The notes beneath the pieces were generated by a model, which was given only the letters and a program-made list of their open reading frames with translations, did not search any database and was not told the DNA's origin. A stretch of DNA of 62,000 bases from Vicugna vicugna. Its lineage: Eukaryota. The position numbers were made by a program, and so were the translations under genes. The stretch covers positions 868,001 to 930,000 of the forward strand of contig MU058714.1 in the NCBI GenBank assembly GCA_013265495.1, read 5' to 3'. Below are positions 60,761-62,000 of the stretch, piece by piece; the stretch's first letter is position 1, and each line of letters begins with the position of its first letter.

Positions 60761-62000
60761 CTGACGAGTCCTCTGGTATGAGCCGGCATGGCCCCCCTGC
60801 CGCCTTGCTGTCTGGGCTCCAGCATGCCGAGTGGGCCATGCCTCCACGGACATGCCTTCCCTCCTTTCCGGTATGGGCTCTCAGCCCCTGGTGGGCCTGG
60901 TCAGCTCACTCCAGGCTGCCTCCTTTCCCCTGGTCCTGCAGCAGACACCCCCCTTGCCCAGGTCCAGGAAGGAATTTCAGCATTTTCAGCAGGTGCTTTA
61001 GGTTTCAGGCTTGGCCAGCCCAGGGGTGATGACAAACCAGTAACCGAGATGGAGAGTCAGGGGCCAGCTGGTGGGAGGTAAGGGGGTGACATTTTGTGTG
61101 AGGTCAGGCCCTTCAGGAACACTCGGGAGAGCGGCCTCTAGCACGTGGCTGTGAAGACGTCTCTGTCTGGAGAAGGGACTGGAGGGGGTTGCCTGCTGAA
61201 GATGGGCAGTGGGCAGAGGCCGAGGAGCGGAGCCAGGGCCTGAGGGAGCGGGCAGAGGTGGAGGAGGGCTGGGTGCTACCGCGCAAGGAGTTCCAGGTCG
61301 GCATTGTCACCAGCTGTGGCGGGAGCTGAGTGAGAGCTGGGGGCCGGGTGGGTGTCAGGAGCTGGAGAGTGTGTCACAGCTTCCACTGCTCACCTCCCCT
61401 TCACTCTCCAGGCTCCTGACACTCGGGAGCTGATTGCTTTTGGCTGCAGACACATATCAGACTAATGAGCCAGGCTGTGCTGGTAGAAAGGGCTCTGATC
61501 TCCGGGATGAGAGGTCTGGGGGCTGCGGGAAGGGCTGGAGTCTTCTGTTCCGGGCCCTTCCGTGTGTCTGCACGTGAGGCTCTGTACGCACCTCCCAGAG
61601 GTTCCGCGGGTGGTGCACGAGTGTTGCTGTAGTGGCCCTGTAGGTTTTGGGGTGACGGGGAGCTTGGTGGCCCAGCAATCAGGTAGAAGACACACCGTGT
61701 GCTCTGGGATGACAGCCAGCCCACCCTCCCAGCCCCAAAGCCAAGGCCCAGTTCCGAGCTCCGGCTGGCAAGGGGGAGCCCAGGCGCCAAGCAGCAGGCA
61801 ACATGGGCGGACGTGGGGCCCAGGCTTGGTCCTGCCTGCCCTGCGTGTCTCTGGATAATAAGATGCTGTTTTATTTCGGGAAAGTGATGGAGAGCAGGGA
61901 GAGGCTGTTTTGTTTTATGCCTTGCATTAAATGCTGCAACAGTAAACTAAAAACAATCCCGCTGAAGAGCGTTGCCCAGACCTGCTGGAGAAGCCCGCGG

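Larger units (their letters stand above)
57797..62000 (+). other. RPTOR: RPTOR intron 2 (partial, runs off the window)
   Basis: Begins GTAAGC after exon 2; no further Raptor coding sequence recognised. Confidence 0.9.

Overview
Mammalian genomic DNA, probably camelid (inferred from five tRNA-Ala-derived vic-1-like SINEs), covering the 5' end of RPTOR (Raptor, the mTORC1 scaffold) on the + strand. It contains about 4.6 kb of upstream sequence, a CpG-island promoter, a long GC-rich 5' leader with uORFs, coding exon 1 (5551-5712), a 51,981-bp intron 1, coding exon 2 (57694-57796) and the start of intron 2. No other protein-coding gene is supported; nearly all ORF-track entries are chance ORFs in GC-rich or repeat DNA. 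The introns hold L1, L2, MIR, hAT-Charlie, Tigger-type and LTR relics; family names are from remembered consensus sequences, not a search. I found no clear new biological system. The best leads are regulatory hypotheses: (1) a sense-oriented solo LTR with tandem CCAAT boxes, octamers and a TATA box about 1.15 kb upstream of exon 2, which itself starts with ATG (possible N-truncated Raptor); (2) an intragenic CpG island with a strong antisense splice donor; (3) uORFs and a splice-acceptor-like tract in the 5' leader; (4) candidate poison exons and a recursive-splice motif in intron 1; (5) reciprocal AT-to-GC patches in two Charlie1 copies, suggesting GC-biased gene conversion.
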